Origin: a virus
IMG/VR virus record: IMGVR_UViG_3300022752_000025
Span: 32,001 to 96,000 of that record
Direction: 5' to 3' (one strand)
Length of the DNA: 64,000 nt
Shown in pieces: positions 16,053-26,801 of the stretch. The translations under genes and the position numbers were made by a program. Below the pieces are notes generated by a model. That model saw only the letters and a list, made by a program, of their open reading frames with translations. It had not been told where the DNA came from and did not search any database. Positions within the stretch are counted from its first letter, which is position 1. Every line of letters starts with the position of its first letter.

Positions 16053-16289
16053 TTAATAATTCTGCTCTAGTTTATTTAATATGTCAAGGACTATTTTTTT
16101 ATTTTCATCTAGTAAATTATTAGAGTATTTATTTAATAAATGTTGAATAGTATCATTCCTAAAACATTTCATAATATTTAAGTTCATTTCATAAGGCATA
16201 TTTTTGCTTTTCCACTCAGTATCTAAACAATAATAAAGATAAGCTAATTCATCTTCATTTAATGCTTTTATTTGATTGTTATTTATCAT
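16053..16289 (-). CDS. Hypothetical protein
   Basis: ORF track. Confidence 0.7.
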   Translation of the reverse strand: MINNNQIKALNEDELAYLYYCLDTEWKSKNMPYEMNLNIMKCFRNDTIQHLLNKYSNNLLDENKKIVLDILNKLEQNY

Positions 16290-16580
16290 TATTTAGTTAT
16301 TTCGTATTCTTTTATTAGTTTATTTATTTTAGGATTCTTATTTATTTCTTTTATTTCGGCCACTAATTTTAGTAATCTATCTATTGTTCTTTGATAATCT
16401 ATTATAGTATCTGATATGTCTCTTAAACTAGGCATAAGGAGATGGTTTTCGTGATTGTGAAGGGGTCGAAAGCAATCACAGGATTACCACAAACCTTGGG
16501 TTTCACGGTTTAATCTAATATACTCTAAATATATTATTTAGTCAATAAAATAACGCAAATATCCCTAAAAGGATAAAAAA

Positions 16581-17018
16581 CTATTTAAAATAATCTATAT
16601 TATCTTTTGCTTTATTAGTTAGTTTCCATCCAAATAAAGAACTAAAATACTTTAAATTTAAATCGGCGTTATTTATTTTATTAGTTTTATTAAATGTTTT
16701 TTCATTCTCTGCATAAGCAAAGTATCTATTAATAGCTAATAAACTATAATCTCCAATAGCTAAACCATACTCTGTTTCACTAGGTTTAATACATACAAAT
16801 TTATTGTTATATTTAATAGAATAGTAATAGTTTTTATCTTCTATTATTATGATATATTCATTTAGCAAATCATCATATACTCTTGAAATAATATTAGTTA
16901 TTTTTAGTTTATTTTTGTATTTTAAGTATAGGTCATCTGATACTATTACCCAATCTTTTAATATATAAGTAGGATTCTTTAGTTTATTGTAGTATTCGTA
17001 TAATTTATCTGCTTTCAT
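16581..17018 (-). CDS. Hypothetical protein
   Basis: ORF track. Confidence 0.65.
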   Translation of the reverse strand: MKADKLYEYYNKLKNPTYILKDWVIVSDDLYLKYKNKLKITNIISRVYDDLLNEYIIIIEDKNYYYSIKYNNKFVCIKPSETEYGLAIGDYSLLAINRYFAYAENEKTFNKTNKINNADLNLKYFSSLFGWKLTNKAKDNIDYFK

Positions 17019-17094
17019 CTATACTATATACTAGGTAATATAATAAAAAAATATTATTTATTTTACTTGACTTATTTGTATATATAAATTATCG

Positions 17095-17319
17095 TCAAAC
17101 CCACTTAATACCTTTATATTTATCTTTTTTATTGTTTTCTTTAATGGTATTTATGCTATTTAACAGAGTATCTTTCATATACAAGTAAAAATAAACCAAA
17201 AGCAAAGGAATAGATAAGCCTATAAACATCAATATTCCTAACAATAAGATAAAAGGCTTAAATTCATACCCTTTTAAACTCATTTCTATACCTAATAAAG
17301 ACCTAAATGCTTTTTTCAT
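17095..17319 (-). CDS. Small membrane protein
   Basis: One hydrophobic helix. Confidence 0.65.
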   Translation of the reverse strand: MKKAFRSLLGIEMSLKGYEFKPFILLLGILMFIGLSIPLLLVYFYLYMKDTLLNSINTIKENNKKDKYKGIKWV

Positions 17320-17882
17320 AGTTCTTTTTAATATATGCTTTATCTTTCGCCTCTCTTTTTAATATACTCTCTAATATTCTTTAAAGCAAGCAGTATTTTG
17401 ACCGAAAGACCAAAAACAACCAATCCAATCAATGTCATTATACCAGAAAATAATAAGAATAGCCCCAAGATCAAAAAGTTATCTGTTCCAAAATAAAAAT
17501 ACATATCTATTCCCCATAATTAGTATAAAGATACGCTATAATTATTAATGCTATAATTGCAAATAAAATATTCATTTATTTATATAGCTAAAAACTAATA
17601 TAAAAGTCAAGCAAGTTGCTAATCCTAATAAAGTATATAATTCGTTCATATTTTATCTCTATAAAAGAAAGCTATGCCCCAACAAGTTAAGGTAATAACT
17701 CCAAAAAACATCATAACTGAAAAGCTCATATTTTCTTTAGTATATCCTTTATATCTTTTTTTGAAAAGCCAAAACTTAATATTTTACTTAATACTGCTAT
17801 AAGATAGTTCTTTTCTGTTTTCTTCATTTTTTTGGCTTTCTTTTTAAATTTAGCCATTTTTTACCTCGCCCAAGCCTCGTAT

Positions 17883-18104
17883 TTATTCATACCCCGCTTT
17901 TCTATCATTTTCTTCCTCATCGGCATTTTCTCGCCTATAATCTTCAACCTCTGCTTCAATATCATCACTAGGCATATATTCAAAAAGAAGATCAATAAGA
18001 TCACTTACTGCCATATCATTATACAATTCATATATATAATTCTGTTCTTCATCAGAGCAAGTTTCAAGAAATTCTATTGCAGTTTTAACTCTAGGTTTGC
18101 TCAT
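17883..18104 (-). CDS. Acidic hypothetical protein
   Basis: AGGAG SD, ORF track. Confidence 0.7.
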   Translation of the reverse strand: MSKPRVKTAIEFLETCSDEEQNYIYELYNDMAVSDLIDLLFEYMPSDDIEAEVEDYRRENADEEENDRKAGYE

Positions 18105-18388
18105 TTTTTACTCCTAATATACTTAATAATATCTTTAATACCATCTTGAGTCAAAGGTAATTGTTTATTTTGAGCATCCTCATAAGCCATATCAAGATAA
18201 GAAAGAAGCATCTTCTTTTGCTCTTTAGTAAGATTAATAGCGATTTTATCTGCTTTCATTGTTTAATGTTTCTATTATTTTATCTATTTCTGAATGAAAT
18301 GCAACAAAATTATAATTTATTTTTTTACCTTGTGATAGTAAAAGATAGGTTTTAATTATTTCTGCTTCTCTGTCAGATATTTCTATTT

Positions 18389-18640
18389 TCACGATTCACA
18401 AGTTTGTTCTTCATTAATATATTCAGCTAAATTGCTATCAATCTGCTCTGAAATACTTTGTTCTTCGCTCTCAGTATCTACCATCTCACAAGCATCAATA
18501 AATTGTCTATTAGTAAATTCAACATCCTCATATTTTGCTTCAACTTCATCTTTAAGGATAATTAAAGCAAACAAGGGGTCATTAGGTTTTAAATAGGTTT
18601 TAAGCCACTTTTCTAGTTCTTTTCTTGTATAAATTTGCAT
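18389..18640 (-). CDS. Hypothetical protein
   Basis: ORF track, operonic spacing. Confidence 0.7.
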   Translation of the reverse strand: MQIYTRKELEKWLKTYLKPNDPLFALIILKDEVEAKYEDVEFTNRQFIDACEMVDTESEEQSISEQIDSNLAEYINEEQTCES

Positions 18641-18643
18641 AAA

Positions 18644-18937
18644 CTACATTATGTTTGCTTTTGATATTGGGTCAAGAACAAAATGCACAGCTTCTTCACG
18701 AACATACCATTCCCAAGGAGTTTCACTTCTATTAACTATAACACGATAATGTTCACTATTAGGAACGCCAGCAATTTTACCATAGAATTGAGTCCCATCT
18801 TCTGTTTGAAACATAACTTCTTTATCAATATTTCTTTCCATTACTAGCATTTTTGCCTCATCATTTGTATGAGTATCTGCTGTTTGCGGATATTTAGCAT
18901 CATAATCTAATGGGTTTGCATTAACAAAATGGCTCAT
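18644..18937 (-). CDS. Hypothetical protein
   Basis: ATGA overlap with MazG-like gene. Confidence 0.7.
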   Translation of the reverse strand: MSHFVNANPLDYDAKYPQTADTHTNDEAKMLVMERNIDKEVMFQTEDGTQFYGKIAGVPNSEHYRVIVNRSETPWEWYVREEAVHFVLDPISKANIM

Positions 18938-19269
18938 CTGTTATCTCCACTTCCTTTTATTTTGCCTCTTTTTAACCTATCTGCAAGTTTATTTAAATTA
19001 GATTTTGCAACATCTTCAAGACCTACCCCAAGTTCATCGGCTATATTAGCACAATACCAGAGAACATCACCAAGTTCAGCATAAATGTCTGCTTTAGCTT
19101 CTTTGGTGAGTTTCCCATCGTTATCTCGCATTATTTTTTTGACTTTATTAGCGATCTCACCAGCTTCGCCAACAAGACCTAAAGTAGTATAGTATAAGCC
19201 TTGATTCTTAAACTTTCTTGGATAAAAAGCGGTTCTACTAGCATTAGTTTGATAGTTATTAAAAGTCAT
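18934..19269 (-). CDS. MazG-like NTP pyrophosphohydrolase
   Basis: [40 protein letters not shown]. Confidence 0.9.
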   Translation of the reverse strand: MTFNNYQTNASRTAFYPRKFKNQGLYYTTLGLVGEAGEIANKVKKIMRDNDGKLTKEAKADIYAELGDVLWYCANIADELGVGLEDVAKSNLNKLADRLKRGKIKGSGDNR

Positions 19270-19490
19270 TTCTTTTTCTTATTCTTTTTAGCGATTTCTT
19301 CTGCAAGTTCTAAACCTTTTAAAAGAGCATAATTAAATCCAATATTAATAAACTGGTCATCTGTAATAACTTGCTTGCCAAGATCAAGAAAATAAGTTCT
19401 ATTATGATCGCTCATATCTACATCAACATCATAAACATTCTTCTTTTTAAATTTGCCGATTTTAAGATAGCTTGGGTCATTCTTTTTCAT
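19266..19490 (-). CDS. Hypothetical protein (start corrected to MKKNDP)
   Basis: Avoids long overlap with 19477..19683. Confidence 0.65.
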   Translation of the reverse strand: MKKNDPSYLKIGKFKKKNVYDVDVDMSDHNRTYFLDLGKQVITDDQFINIGFNYALLKGLELAEEIAKKNKKKK

Positions 19491-19683
19491 AGTTTTCCTT
19501 TTCTTTGATTGCTTCAATTCTCTCCAAATAGAAACCGCATCCACGAAGAAACTCCGTAAATCTTTCACAGATTTCCTCAATATTCCATTCATTACATTCA
19601 AGAGTATTAACGATTTCTTTGCCTTCGTTATGCCACTTGTAATTGAATTTAAATCTATGATTGTTCACTCTATGATTGTTCAC
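19477..19683 (-). CDS. Hypothetical protein
   Basis: FTEFLRGCGF motif common in small phage proteins. Confidence 0.7.
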   Translation of the reverse strand: MNNHRVNNHRFKFNYKWHNEGKEIVNTLECNEWNIEEICERFTEFLRGCGFYLERIEAIKEKENYEKE

Positions 19684-19883
19684 GCTCTTATTTTCCTCTT
19701 TTTTCCATCTCTTGTCAATAATAATTTACTCCGCATTTTTTCAAATTTTTTAATTACAATAGGATTCTCTGTATTTCTTAATGCCATATCTAAAGCGTAA
19801 ATTAATGCTATCTTATCGTCAGAACCTAACTGATAAAGTTCTGGAGTTATACGAAAATTACTCATTTTAATATTTTGTGCCAA
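19680..19883 (-). CDS. Hypothetical protein
   Basis: ORF track. Confidence 0.6.
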   Translation of the reverse strand: MAQNIKMSNFRITPELYQLGSDDKIALIYALDMALRNTENPIVIKKFEKMRSKLLLTRDGKKRKIRA

Positions 19884-20103
19884 ACACTTTCACATTTGCA
19901 TTGGGGTCATTATAACCATTATCCATAGTATTATATTTGCTATTATAAAAACCTTGGTCATCTTCATTCATACCAACAGGAAACCAACCTTCTTGCTCTT
20001 TAACCTTGCCTACATTCGCACATCCAATAAAAAAGAATGTAAGAAGAATCCAAGCAATTACAACCATAACAAAAGCAACTGCTTTGCGAAAATTAAACGC
20101 CAT
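19867..20103 (-). CDS. Putative lipoprotein
   Basis: Hydrophobic N-terminus ending FIGC. Confidence 0.6.
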   Translation of the reverse strand: MAFNFRKAVAFVMVVIAWILLTFFFIGCANVGKVKEQEGWFPVGMNEDDQGFYNSKYNTMDNGYNDPNANVKVFGTKY

Positions 20104-20275
20104 CTCTTAATCCAACGCTTTCCATTATTGTTTTATTTTCTTTTACTTTAATAGTTTCTGATACATTTAACCTTGCATCTTGACAAGGAGAAAAATTACA
20201 AAACCACGCTATAAAAAATAAATCTATTGGCGACCACATATTTTATATATATATTAAATTTAAATTTATAGCAAA

Positions 20276-20491
20276 TTATTTTTTAAACTTTTTTCTAAAT
20301 ACCTCTTTACGCTCTTGACGAGTTTGCTTGTCCTCTATGATAACCTTACCATTAATAATATTATTTAACCAACGCATTGTAGGTAAAGATTTTGCGTATG
20401 CTTGTCCTACAAGCGGAAGTAATCTGTCATACGCTTCTTTTGCTGTAATCTTTTTTGATTTAACAGATTGTTTTGTTTGTAATGTTGTCAT
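20276..20491 (-). CDS. Basic hypothetical protein
   Basis: ORF track. Confidence 0.65.
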   Translation of the reverse strand: MTTLQTKQSVKSKKITAKEAYDRLLPLVGQAYAKSLPTMRWLNNIINGKVIIEDKQTRQERKEVFRKKFKK

Positions 20492-20506
20492 AGTTTTTAA
20501 AATATA

Positions 20507-20540
20507 AATAGGGCATCGGGGATTAGCCCAATGCCCTATT
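20507..20540 (-). terminator. Hairpin terminator
   Basis: aatagggcat...atgccctatt inverted repeat. Confidence 0.65.
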
Positions 20541-20545
20541 ATTAA

Positions 20546-20707
20546 TTACTTGGCCGAAACAGAAACTACTTGACCACCAGTTTTATTAGCGAAACGCTTG
20601 CTGGCGATCTTAGCACCACGGAGAGTAGGGTAGCTCTTTGGAGCTACAACTACTTGCCCGCTGGTAGCTTTTACCGACCAAGTATATTGGGTTTGAGTTG
20701 TATTCAT
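20546..20707 (-). CDS. Small protein, weakly YegP/DUF1508-like (53 aa, below ORF-track cutoff)
   Basis: MNTTQTQYTWSVKATSGQVVVAPKSYPTLRGAKIASKRF...; own leaderless promoter and terminator. Confidence 0.7.
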   Translation of the reverse strand: MNTTQTQYTWSVKATSGQVVVAPKSYPTLRGAKIASKRFANKTGGQVVSVSAK

Positions 20708-20750
20708 ATTGTTATATTAATATATATTTTGATTAATGTCAATATATTAT

Positions 20751-20951
20751 TTAAGATTTTTTCTTAAATTTTTCTTCGGTAGGAGATTCCGAAACATCTT
20801 CTCTATTAAAGATTTTACTCTTTTTTGATCTAGGATTGGTCATTCTCATTTCTTTGCTACGCTTGAGATTGCCCCAAGGATTCATACCAGAGTTTTTAAT
20901 TGAATTAACAATCTTAAATACTTCTTTTAGTTCTTGTTTTGATAGTGCCAT
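20751..20951 (-). CDS. Basic hypothetical protein
   Basis: ORF track with promoter. Confidence 0.65.
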   Translation of the reverse strand: MALSKQELKEVFKIVNSIKNSGMNPWGNLKRSKEMRMTNPRSKKSKIFNREDVSESPTEEKFKKKS

Positions 20952-21048
20952 AGTTAGTATATACTAACTGAATTTAAAATTTAGATCAAGTTATTTTTTA
21001 CAACGGCAACCAGAACAAGCACAACTTAATTTAATACCTAACAACCAC

Positions 21049-21246
21049 TTAAACGCTTTTTTTAGTTTTTTTAACACTTTTCTTTTTGCTTTTCTTTTTT
21101 GGTTTAGCTTCTATTTCTTCTATAAGCTCAAATTCTTTATCAACATTTTTTAACTCTTTCCAAAGAGTATATTTATCTTGAACAGCCCAAACTGCATCTT
21201 CAATTTTCCATTTAATTGAATCAAAAATATTTAGGAGCCAGTTCAT
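21049..21246 (-). CDS. Hypothetical protein, Lys-rich tail
   Basis: ORF track. Confidence 0.65.
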   Translation of the reverse strand: MNWLLNIFDSIKWKIEDAVWAVQDKYTLWKELKNVDKEFELIEEIEAKPKKKSKKKSVKKTKKSV

Positions 21247-21331
21247 ACTAGGCGAACCCCTAAAACACTACCGAGAGCAAAACATCCGAATAATATTAAA
21301 AGTTCCATAAAGTCCTTATTTCGTATTACAC

Positions 21332-21535
21332 CTATTTTTTAGGCTTTTCATTATATTTTTTATTATGCTCTAAAACATCATCCAGATATTTATTAATCAT
21401 ATTTTTAATAGTTCGTTCTTTTTCGTGATCTTTATGAAAATAAGTTTTATCTAGTTTTAATAGTTCATCACGCCAATGATTTAAACTAGCTATATGCTCT
21501 GATAGGAATTGAATTTTAGGTTTCTTTGGTGGCAT
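21332..21535 (-). CDS. Hypothetical protein
   Basis: ORF track. Confidence 0.65.
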   Translation of the reverse strand: MPPKKPKIQFLSEHIASLNHWRDELLKLDKTYFHKDHEKERTIKNMINKYLDDVLEHNKKYNEKPKK

Positions 21536-21899
21536 TTTTTACCTCTTGCTTCCATTGTTTTACAATTTCTTCTGTATCAGATATATCATAATTATTATTA
21601 CTTCTTAAAAGATAAAATGTTTTTTCGCTAGATTCTATTCTATTAGATAATAATTTAAAGCCATCTTTTAATTCTTGCTTATCTCTAAAATAATGGCTTT
21701 GCATATACGGATTTTTTCCATTTTCTTCCATAATAGATTGTGTCAATAAATAACCACCATTTTGATCTTTTTGACAAAGAACAACATTTTTAAACTTATC
21801 TTTTGAATAAATATCAGCAAATTCTTTTGATAAATTTAAATGAAATATACAATTATGATAATAAATGCCAAAAAAACTAATACTATCATCAATAATCAT
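21516..21899 (-). CDS. Hypothetical protein
   Basis: ORF track. Confidence 0.65.
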   Translation of the reverse strand: MIIDDSISFFGIYYHNCIFHLNLSKEFADIYSKDKFKNVVLCQKDQNGGYLLTQSIMEENGKNPYMQSHYFRDKQELKDGFKLLSNRIESSEKTFYLLRSNNNYDISDTEEIVKQWKQEVKNATKET

Positions 21900-21905
21900 T
21901 TAATA

Positions 21906-22385
21906 TTAGCCTTTATTATAAATCTTTACCTTCACTATTTTAGGATTATTATTGGCAAATTTCAAAGCATCTTTTTTATTCAAAAAGAAAATATCAATAA
22001 CAGGGTATTTACCTCCGCTTGCCTTTTTATTGATAACTGCTGTTCCAGTATCGTGAGCCACTCTAAAACCAAGATTAGGAATATAAATTCTACTAAAGTA
22101 TGGTATGATGCGAGGGTCTACTGCTACTGAAACATTAGGTTTAAGTGTCACGCCAGTAGAACTTTGGCGTTTTTGGCTCCAACCATCGGTATCACCACCC
22201 TTTGCCCAATAAGCAGTTATACGAACTTTAATTTCTTTTTTGGGAATCATAGACTTCACAAATTTTTCCACCATAGCGTCTTTAATAGTATTAAAGTTAT
22301 CTTTATTAGATGGTGCAGTAATTTCTGGTTTAAATAAAAACCAGATACCACACAAAAACACGGATAAACGGCATAGTATTTGCAT
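21906..22385 (-). CDS. 3D-domain protein (lytic transglycosylase-like)
   Basis: ITAY, VAVDPRIIP, AHDTG, IDIF: three conserved Asp; N-terminal signal. Confidence 0.85.
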   Translation of the reverse strand: MQILCRLSVFLCGIWFLFKPEITAPSNKDNFNTIKDAMVEKFVKSMIPKKEIKVRITAYWAKGGDTDGWSQKRQSSTGVTLKPNVSVAVDPRIIPYFSRIYIPNLGFRVAHDTGTAVINKKASGGKYPVIDIFFLNKKDALKFANNNPKIVKVKIYNKG

Positions 22386-22751
22386 AACTTGTCCTCTTTG
22401 AATTAAATTTAATTTAAATTGGGGAAAATGTCAAGCCAGATTAGCTTCTTCTGGCGACCACTAGACTCCTGTTATAATTTTAGACTTCATAACAAATAGA
22501 TTACACCCATAACTCAGTATTTCTACTGAATTAAGGGTGGAATCGTATGATAGTTATTTCGTTACTAAGACCGAATTGCGGAGCTTGCTAGTCAATCTAC
22601 GCTTATCAAATGATCTCCAATGACGAGCGTGCTGATTAACCTTATCAAGAACCTTTGTTTCGCTAATGGTAAATGTGCCATCAGTATTATCGGTCATCTT
22701 AACAAAATATGTTTTTGGTCTAATTGCCATAATGTTAATATTAGTTGATAT

Positions 22752-23165
22752 TTAACTATTTGTCAAATTTAATTTATCGAATTTACCTTGAATATTACTA
22801 AAATAAACATTTTTAAAATTTAATTGTTTAATCATATCACAACATCCACGGCAAGGAGCAGAAAAATCTAATACATTATTTCTATTAATTCTTGTATTTA
22901 CGAGAGTTAAGCCAGAGCAATCTTCTTCTCCGAGTTTAATAACTGCACTTAATTCACTATGAGTTCCAACAATATCAGAAATCTTTTCATTATTTTTATT
23001 AACATAATTGTATTTAAGATTAAGAGGATGAGTTTTCGGTGAATTTAATCCAATGCTTACAATACGATTTCTGTCCATAATAAAACTAAAGTGACGGCAA
23101 CGAAGATCAGCGTTATGTTTATTAATCAAAGCATAACTAACTTCAATTATTTTATTAAAGTTCAC
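22752..23165 (-). CDS. Zn-dependent cytidine/deoxycytidylate deaminase-family protein
   Basis: HSE and PCRGC motifs. Confidence 0.8.
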   Translation of the reverse strand: MNFNKIIEVSYALINKHNADLRCRHFSFIMDRNRIVSIGLNSPKTHPLNLKYNYVNKNNEKISDIVGTHSELSAVIKLGEEDCSGLTLVNTRINRNNVLDFSAPCRGCCDMIKQLNFKNVYFSNIQGKFDKLNLTNS

Positions 23166-23304
23166 TATTTAAATTTAATTTAAATTTATAATTTACGCAA
23201 GTCTAAATAAAATAAATAACAAATTCCACCTATAATTATATTAATTATAACACCTAAAACTGAGCCTATTATAATATCTGTCATTCATACACATTTTATA
23301 TAAA

Positions 23305-23631
23305 TTAGTCTTTTTTGTCTAAATCTTTATATTGTTCTTCTATTTCGTCTGCTTCACGATTCAAACGATCTTCCACTTCTTTTAAATAGCCATCTATTTT
23401 ATCTAAATCCATAGGTTTAGGAGAATAAAAATTGCTAACATAACTTGTATTTGTATTACCAAACATTAGTCGAGCAATCGTATAAGCACCAAGGATTTGC
23501 AAATAACTAAAAGTCAGATCAAAAAATGGAGCAAAAAGAAAGTTCCAAATTATCCAAATTACTGCACTATAAATAAAAGCAAAGAGAAAATAAGAACCGA
23601 TAACGCTAAACCAATCTATCTTTTTATTCAT
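23305..23631 (-). CDS. Membrane protein
   Basis: Two hydrophobic segments. Confidence 0.65.
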   Translation of the reverse strand: MNKKIDWFSVIGSYFLFAFIYSAVIWIIWNFLFAPFFDLTFSYLQILGAYTIARLMFGNTNTSYVSNFYSPKPMDLDKIDGYLKEVEDRLNREADEIEEQYKDLDKKD

Positions 23632-23956
23632 ATCTTTCCAAATATTTTGGAGTAAATTCTCCAACATACGCACCAGCTATATTAAAATCAAAATACTCAA
23701 GTGCTTCGCCATCATCGCTTTTCAAATCTTTAGCAAGTTGTTTAATCATTTTCCACTTATCATAAACTGCAATAGGATTGCCTTTTTCATTCTCTATAAT
23801 ACCCAAAAAGCAATTATCAAATCCATCAGCAAGAAGAATATTATCTTTATAATCTGGATAATTGATTTCAATAAATTGCGAGATTTCTTTTCTCGCTTTG
23901 CTCATTTTTGCGATTGCCATAGTATAGGGTGTCCTCTTAAATAAACTTATACCCAC
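23624..23956 (-). CDS. Conserved hypothetical phage protein
   Basis: LLADGFD...AVYD...EALEYFDFNIAGAYVGExTP. Confidence 0.75.
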   Translation of the reverse strand: MGISLFKRTPYTMAIAKMSKARKEISQFIEINYPDYKDNILLADGFDNCFLGIIENEKGNPIAVYDKWKMIKQLAKDLKSDDGEALEYFDFNIAGAYVGEFTPKYLERYE

Positions 23957-24072
23957 ATTTTAAATTACACGCAAGCATTATTTTTTAAATAAAGTTTTAG
24001 TATGATAGTATATATAACAAACAGGATAGGCAACAAAATAAAATAATGTTCCAAGAAATTTGTAAATAAAAT

Positions 24073-24255
24073 TCATTTCTTAAAATGTTTCTTGAGCTTT
24101 TTTACAAGTCCTTCTACTTTATCAAGTTCTTTCCAATTTACTCCCGCAATATTTTTATGATTTTCTTCGTGCCATTTAATAATACTTTTAATATCATCTT
24201 CAAGTTCTACAAGGTCTTTATTTAAGTGTGATACTAATGTTTTTGCATTTTCCAT
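24073..24255 (-). CDS. Hypothetical protein
   Basis: ORF track. Confidence 0.6.
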   Translation of the reverse strand: MENAKTLVSHLNKDLVELEDDIKSIIKWHEENHKNIAGVNWKELDKVEGLVKKLKKHFKK

Positions 24256-24442
24256 TTTATTGTCTTTCTATAATTAGAGGTTTTTCGGATGGTTCTTGGT
24301 CTACTATATATTTAAATTTAATATAAAATTCGTGAAGTTTATCTGTTGGCATTTCTTCTCTGGACTCATACCAAGCAACAAATTCCTTCATTGTTCGGAT
24401 GGCTTTTCTTTCTTCTTCCATACTATCTATAATAATAGTATT

Positions 24443-24652
24443 TTATTTTTTCTTCAACTTTAATTTTGCGTGATCTGCGAATAATTTTGGGTCATCCTTG
24501 TAAAGACTTTCAAGGCATTGTTTAGTAAATTCTCTCAAAAATTTTTCATCTTTAATAGCATCAACAATCTTTTTAGCCATAGCAGAAAAAGTTTTTTCTT
24601 CTTTTTCTAAACTCTTTTGAATCCTAGATTTTTCAATCTTTCTTTTGCCCAT
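24443..24652 (-). CDS. Hypothetical protein
   Basis: GTGTAAT-N7-ATG. Confidence 0.7.
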   Translation of the reverse strand: MGKRKIEKSRIQKSLEKEEKTFSAMAKKIVDAIKDEKFLREFTKQCLESLYKDDPKLFADHAKLKLKKK

Positions 24653-24667
24653 AATTACTATTACACA

Positions 24668-25860
24668 TTAGAAATTAAATTCAAATTGTTCTGCTTTATA
24701 TTTACCATTCGTTTCAAATTTTTCAGAATATCTTTGGCAAAGTTCATAATCCGAAAGATGAACATAAAATTCCATAACACGATCTACAAGAGTTTTACTA
24801 TCCTCTTTGAGATACGCTTGTTTCAAAGCGTTAAGAATCATCTCTCTAGGCTCAATATGTCTAATTACTTTATTCATCTTCTTTCTCTAATAAAAATTCT
24901 GGAATCATATCTTCCCTTGCGTTCTTATCTTCGATAACATCAATCCAATTACCGATATTACCATACTTAACGCCTTGCATCAAATCTTCATATAAACATT
25001 CGTAGGCTCGTTTAACCATTTCTTCGTTATCCATATCTACAATATAATTTAAATCCAAACAAACTCGTCCCATTTTCATACTTTGCTTTCTTTTATATAA
25101 TAATTGTCATAAATATCATCCCAAGATGGAAATTCAAAATAAGGTTCACCCTCATTAACACATTCGCCATCTTTAGTATAAACATCATAAAAATCTACTT
25201 TTCTATTATCATAACTTTCTAAAGAATCATAACAAGCAAAAATGTTAAAAGAAACTTCTGGCGAATAATAATATGTTGCAACTTGCTCTACCATAGTTTT
25301 CATTTTGAGTTTCTATACTCCTTTATAAATTCACTAGCTTCTTCAAGAATATTGGTGAAGTGAATAGTCCTACAATCGTGAGGACAATCTTCGTCAGCTT
25401 GATCTACAAGCTCTGCTAATAACTTAATTGCTTTTTCCATATCCTTATTTTGCTTCTTTTTCATTTTTTGGCAAGCCAAATCCTAGTTTTGGTCTTTCAT
25501 CTTCGCTAAACAATTCTATTATACGAATGTTGTCTTTCAAATGCCAGTCAGCATTTATTTTAATACATTTTTTAGCAGGGGAAATTTCTGTAACCTTTCC
25601 TTCTTGAATTGCATATTTATTGATAGGATAATTCAAGTAGAGAATCTTGCGGTCAATTAAATCTTCTAGATTCATTCTTGAGGAACCTCATTTTGCATTG
25701 ATCTAAAAAATTCAATTTTTTCTTTAAGATTAATTAATTTATCGCCAGCATCATAAGTTATAGATGTTTCATTCATAAGCTCTTGATCTTCAAGAGTATC
25801 AGCGAAAAAAGTAAGAGCAAGATCAAGCTCTCCTTCCGTAAAATAAGAAGTGATCTTCAT
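24668..25860 (-). other. Run of five small coupled hypothetical CDS (24668..24877, 24870..25079, 25076..25303, 25445..25675, 25672..25860)
   Basis: ORF track; 4-8 nt overlaps. Confidence 0.65.
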
Positions 25861-25862
25861 AT

Positions 25863-26111
25863 TTAATTTATATGATTTTTATTGTAGATTGTCAATTCAA
25901 AAATCGTCCAGTTCAAAACTATAAGAGAAAAATTTAATTTAGGGTTATGGTCTGCCTCATAATAATCTGTATTAACATTTAAATCAAAAAAAGTTATACC
26001 ATCTGCCATTTTTCTTATTTTATACAAAATGCAAAAGTCTATTGCATAATTCTTTGATATTGAAAATGTAATACAAGGAATCATTAAAATGGTTTTAAAA
26101 CATATCCCCAA
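25863..26111 (-). CDS. Hypothetical protein (start probably MIPCI)
   Basis: ORF track. Confidence 0.6.
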   Translation of the reverse strand: MGICFKTILMIPCITFSISKNYAIDFCILYKIRKMADGITFFDLNVNTDYYEADHNPKLNFSLIVLNWTIFELTIYNKNHIN

Positions 26112-26761
26112 TAATCACTATCGGGCTGTTTCTGAATCTCGTCCCACATAATGCAACGAGCGATATAAGATGGAACATTTAATCTCTTACAATTTTCCAT
26201 CCAATGTTGTTCCATAGCTTTATACTTCGCAACGCCAGTTTTTGATTTTGTATATTTTAAATCTGGCATACCATAGAAGCGAAGATGGTGAACATCGCCA
26301 CATAAAACTCTAGCAAAAAGCGGATCAATCATCTCAAAGCTAAAGCTAACTTTAGCATAACTTAATCCACGAATACGCTCTACAAGATTATCACGAACAG
26401 AAACATATCGGTTTCTCTTTTGTGGGCAAGAAAAGTCTTTAGGGTTTTGCCAGAAATCTTTTGAGAAATCCCAAATGTAATCTGTGCGTTCTTTCTGACA
26501 ACCAACGCCAGAACGAGTAAGACGCTTTAGAAGTTCTTTGCGATTGTGTTTCCAATAAACAAAATCACGAATAGCAAGATAGCCATTGATATTACCTTTC
26601 CAAGTAGTGTGAACAGAGCAGAAAGCGAAAAGCCAACGCCTAAAAATATCTTCATCGGTTTTGGGTCTTACACTCTCCCAATACTGCTTGTAAGGTTCTA
26701 CTTTGTGACGATGAAGCTCATCAAAGGTGGCAAAAAATTGATCTGGTTTAGTTGTGTCCAT
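26084..26761 (-). CDS. HhH-GPD N-glycosylase/AP lyase (8-oxoguanine glycosylase-like)
   Basis: RDNLVERIRGLSYAKVSF helix-hairpin-helix and DVHHLR; leaderless promoter. Confidence 0.7.
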   Translation of the reverse strand: MDTTKPDQFFATFDELHRHKVEPYKQYWESVRPKTDEDIFRRWLFAFCSVHTTWKGNINGYLAIRDFVYWKHNRKELLKRLTRSGVGCQKERTDYIWDFSKDFWQNPKDFSCPQKRNRYVSVRDNLVERIRGLSYAKVSFSFEMIDPLFARVLCGDVHHLRFYGMPDLKYTKSKTGVAKYKAMEQHWMENCKRLNVPSYIARCIMWDEIQKQPDSDYWGYVLKPF

Positions 26762-26801
26762 AGATCAAATATAATTTAAATTTAATTTAAGTCAAAGAAA
26801 A

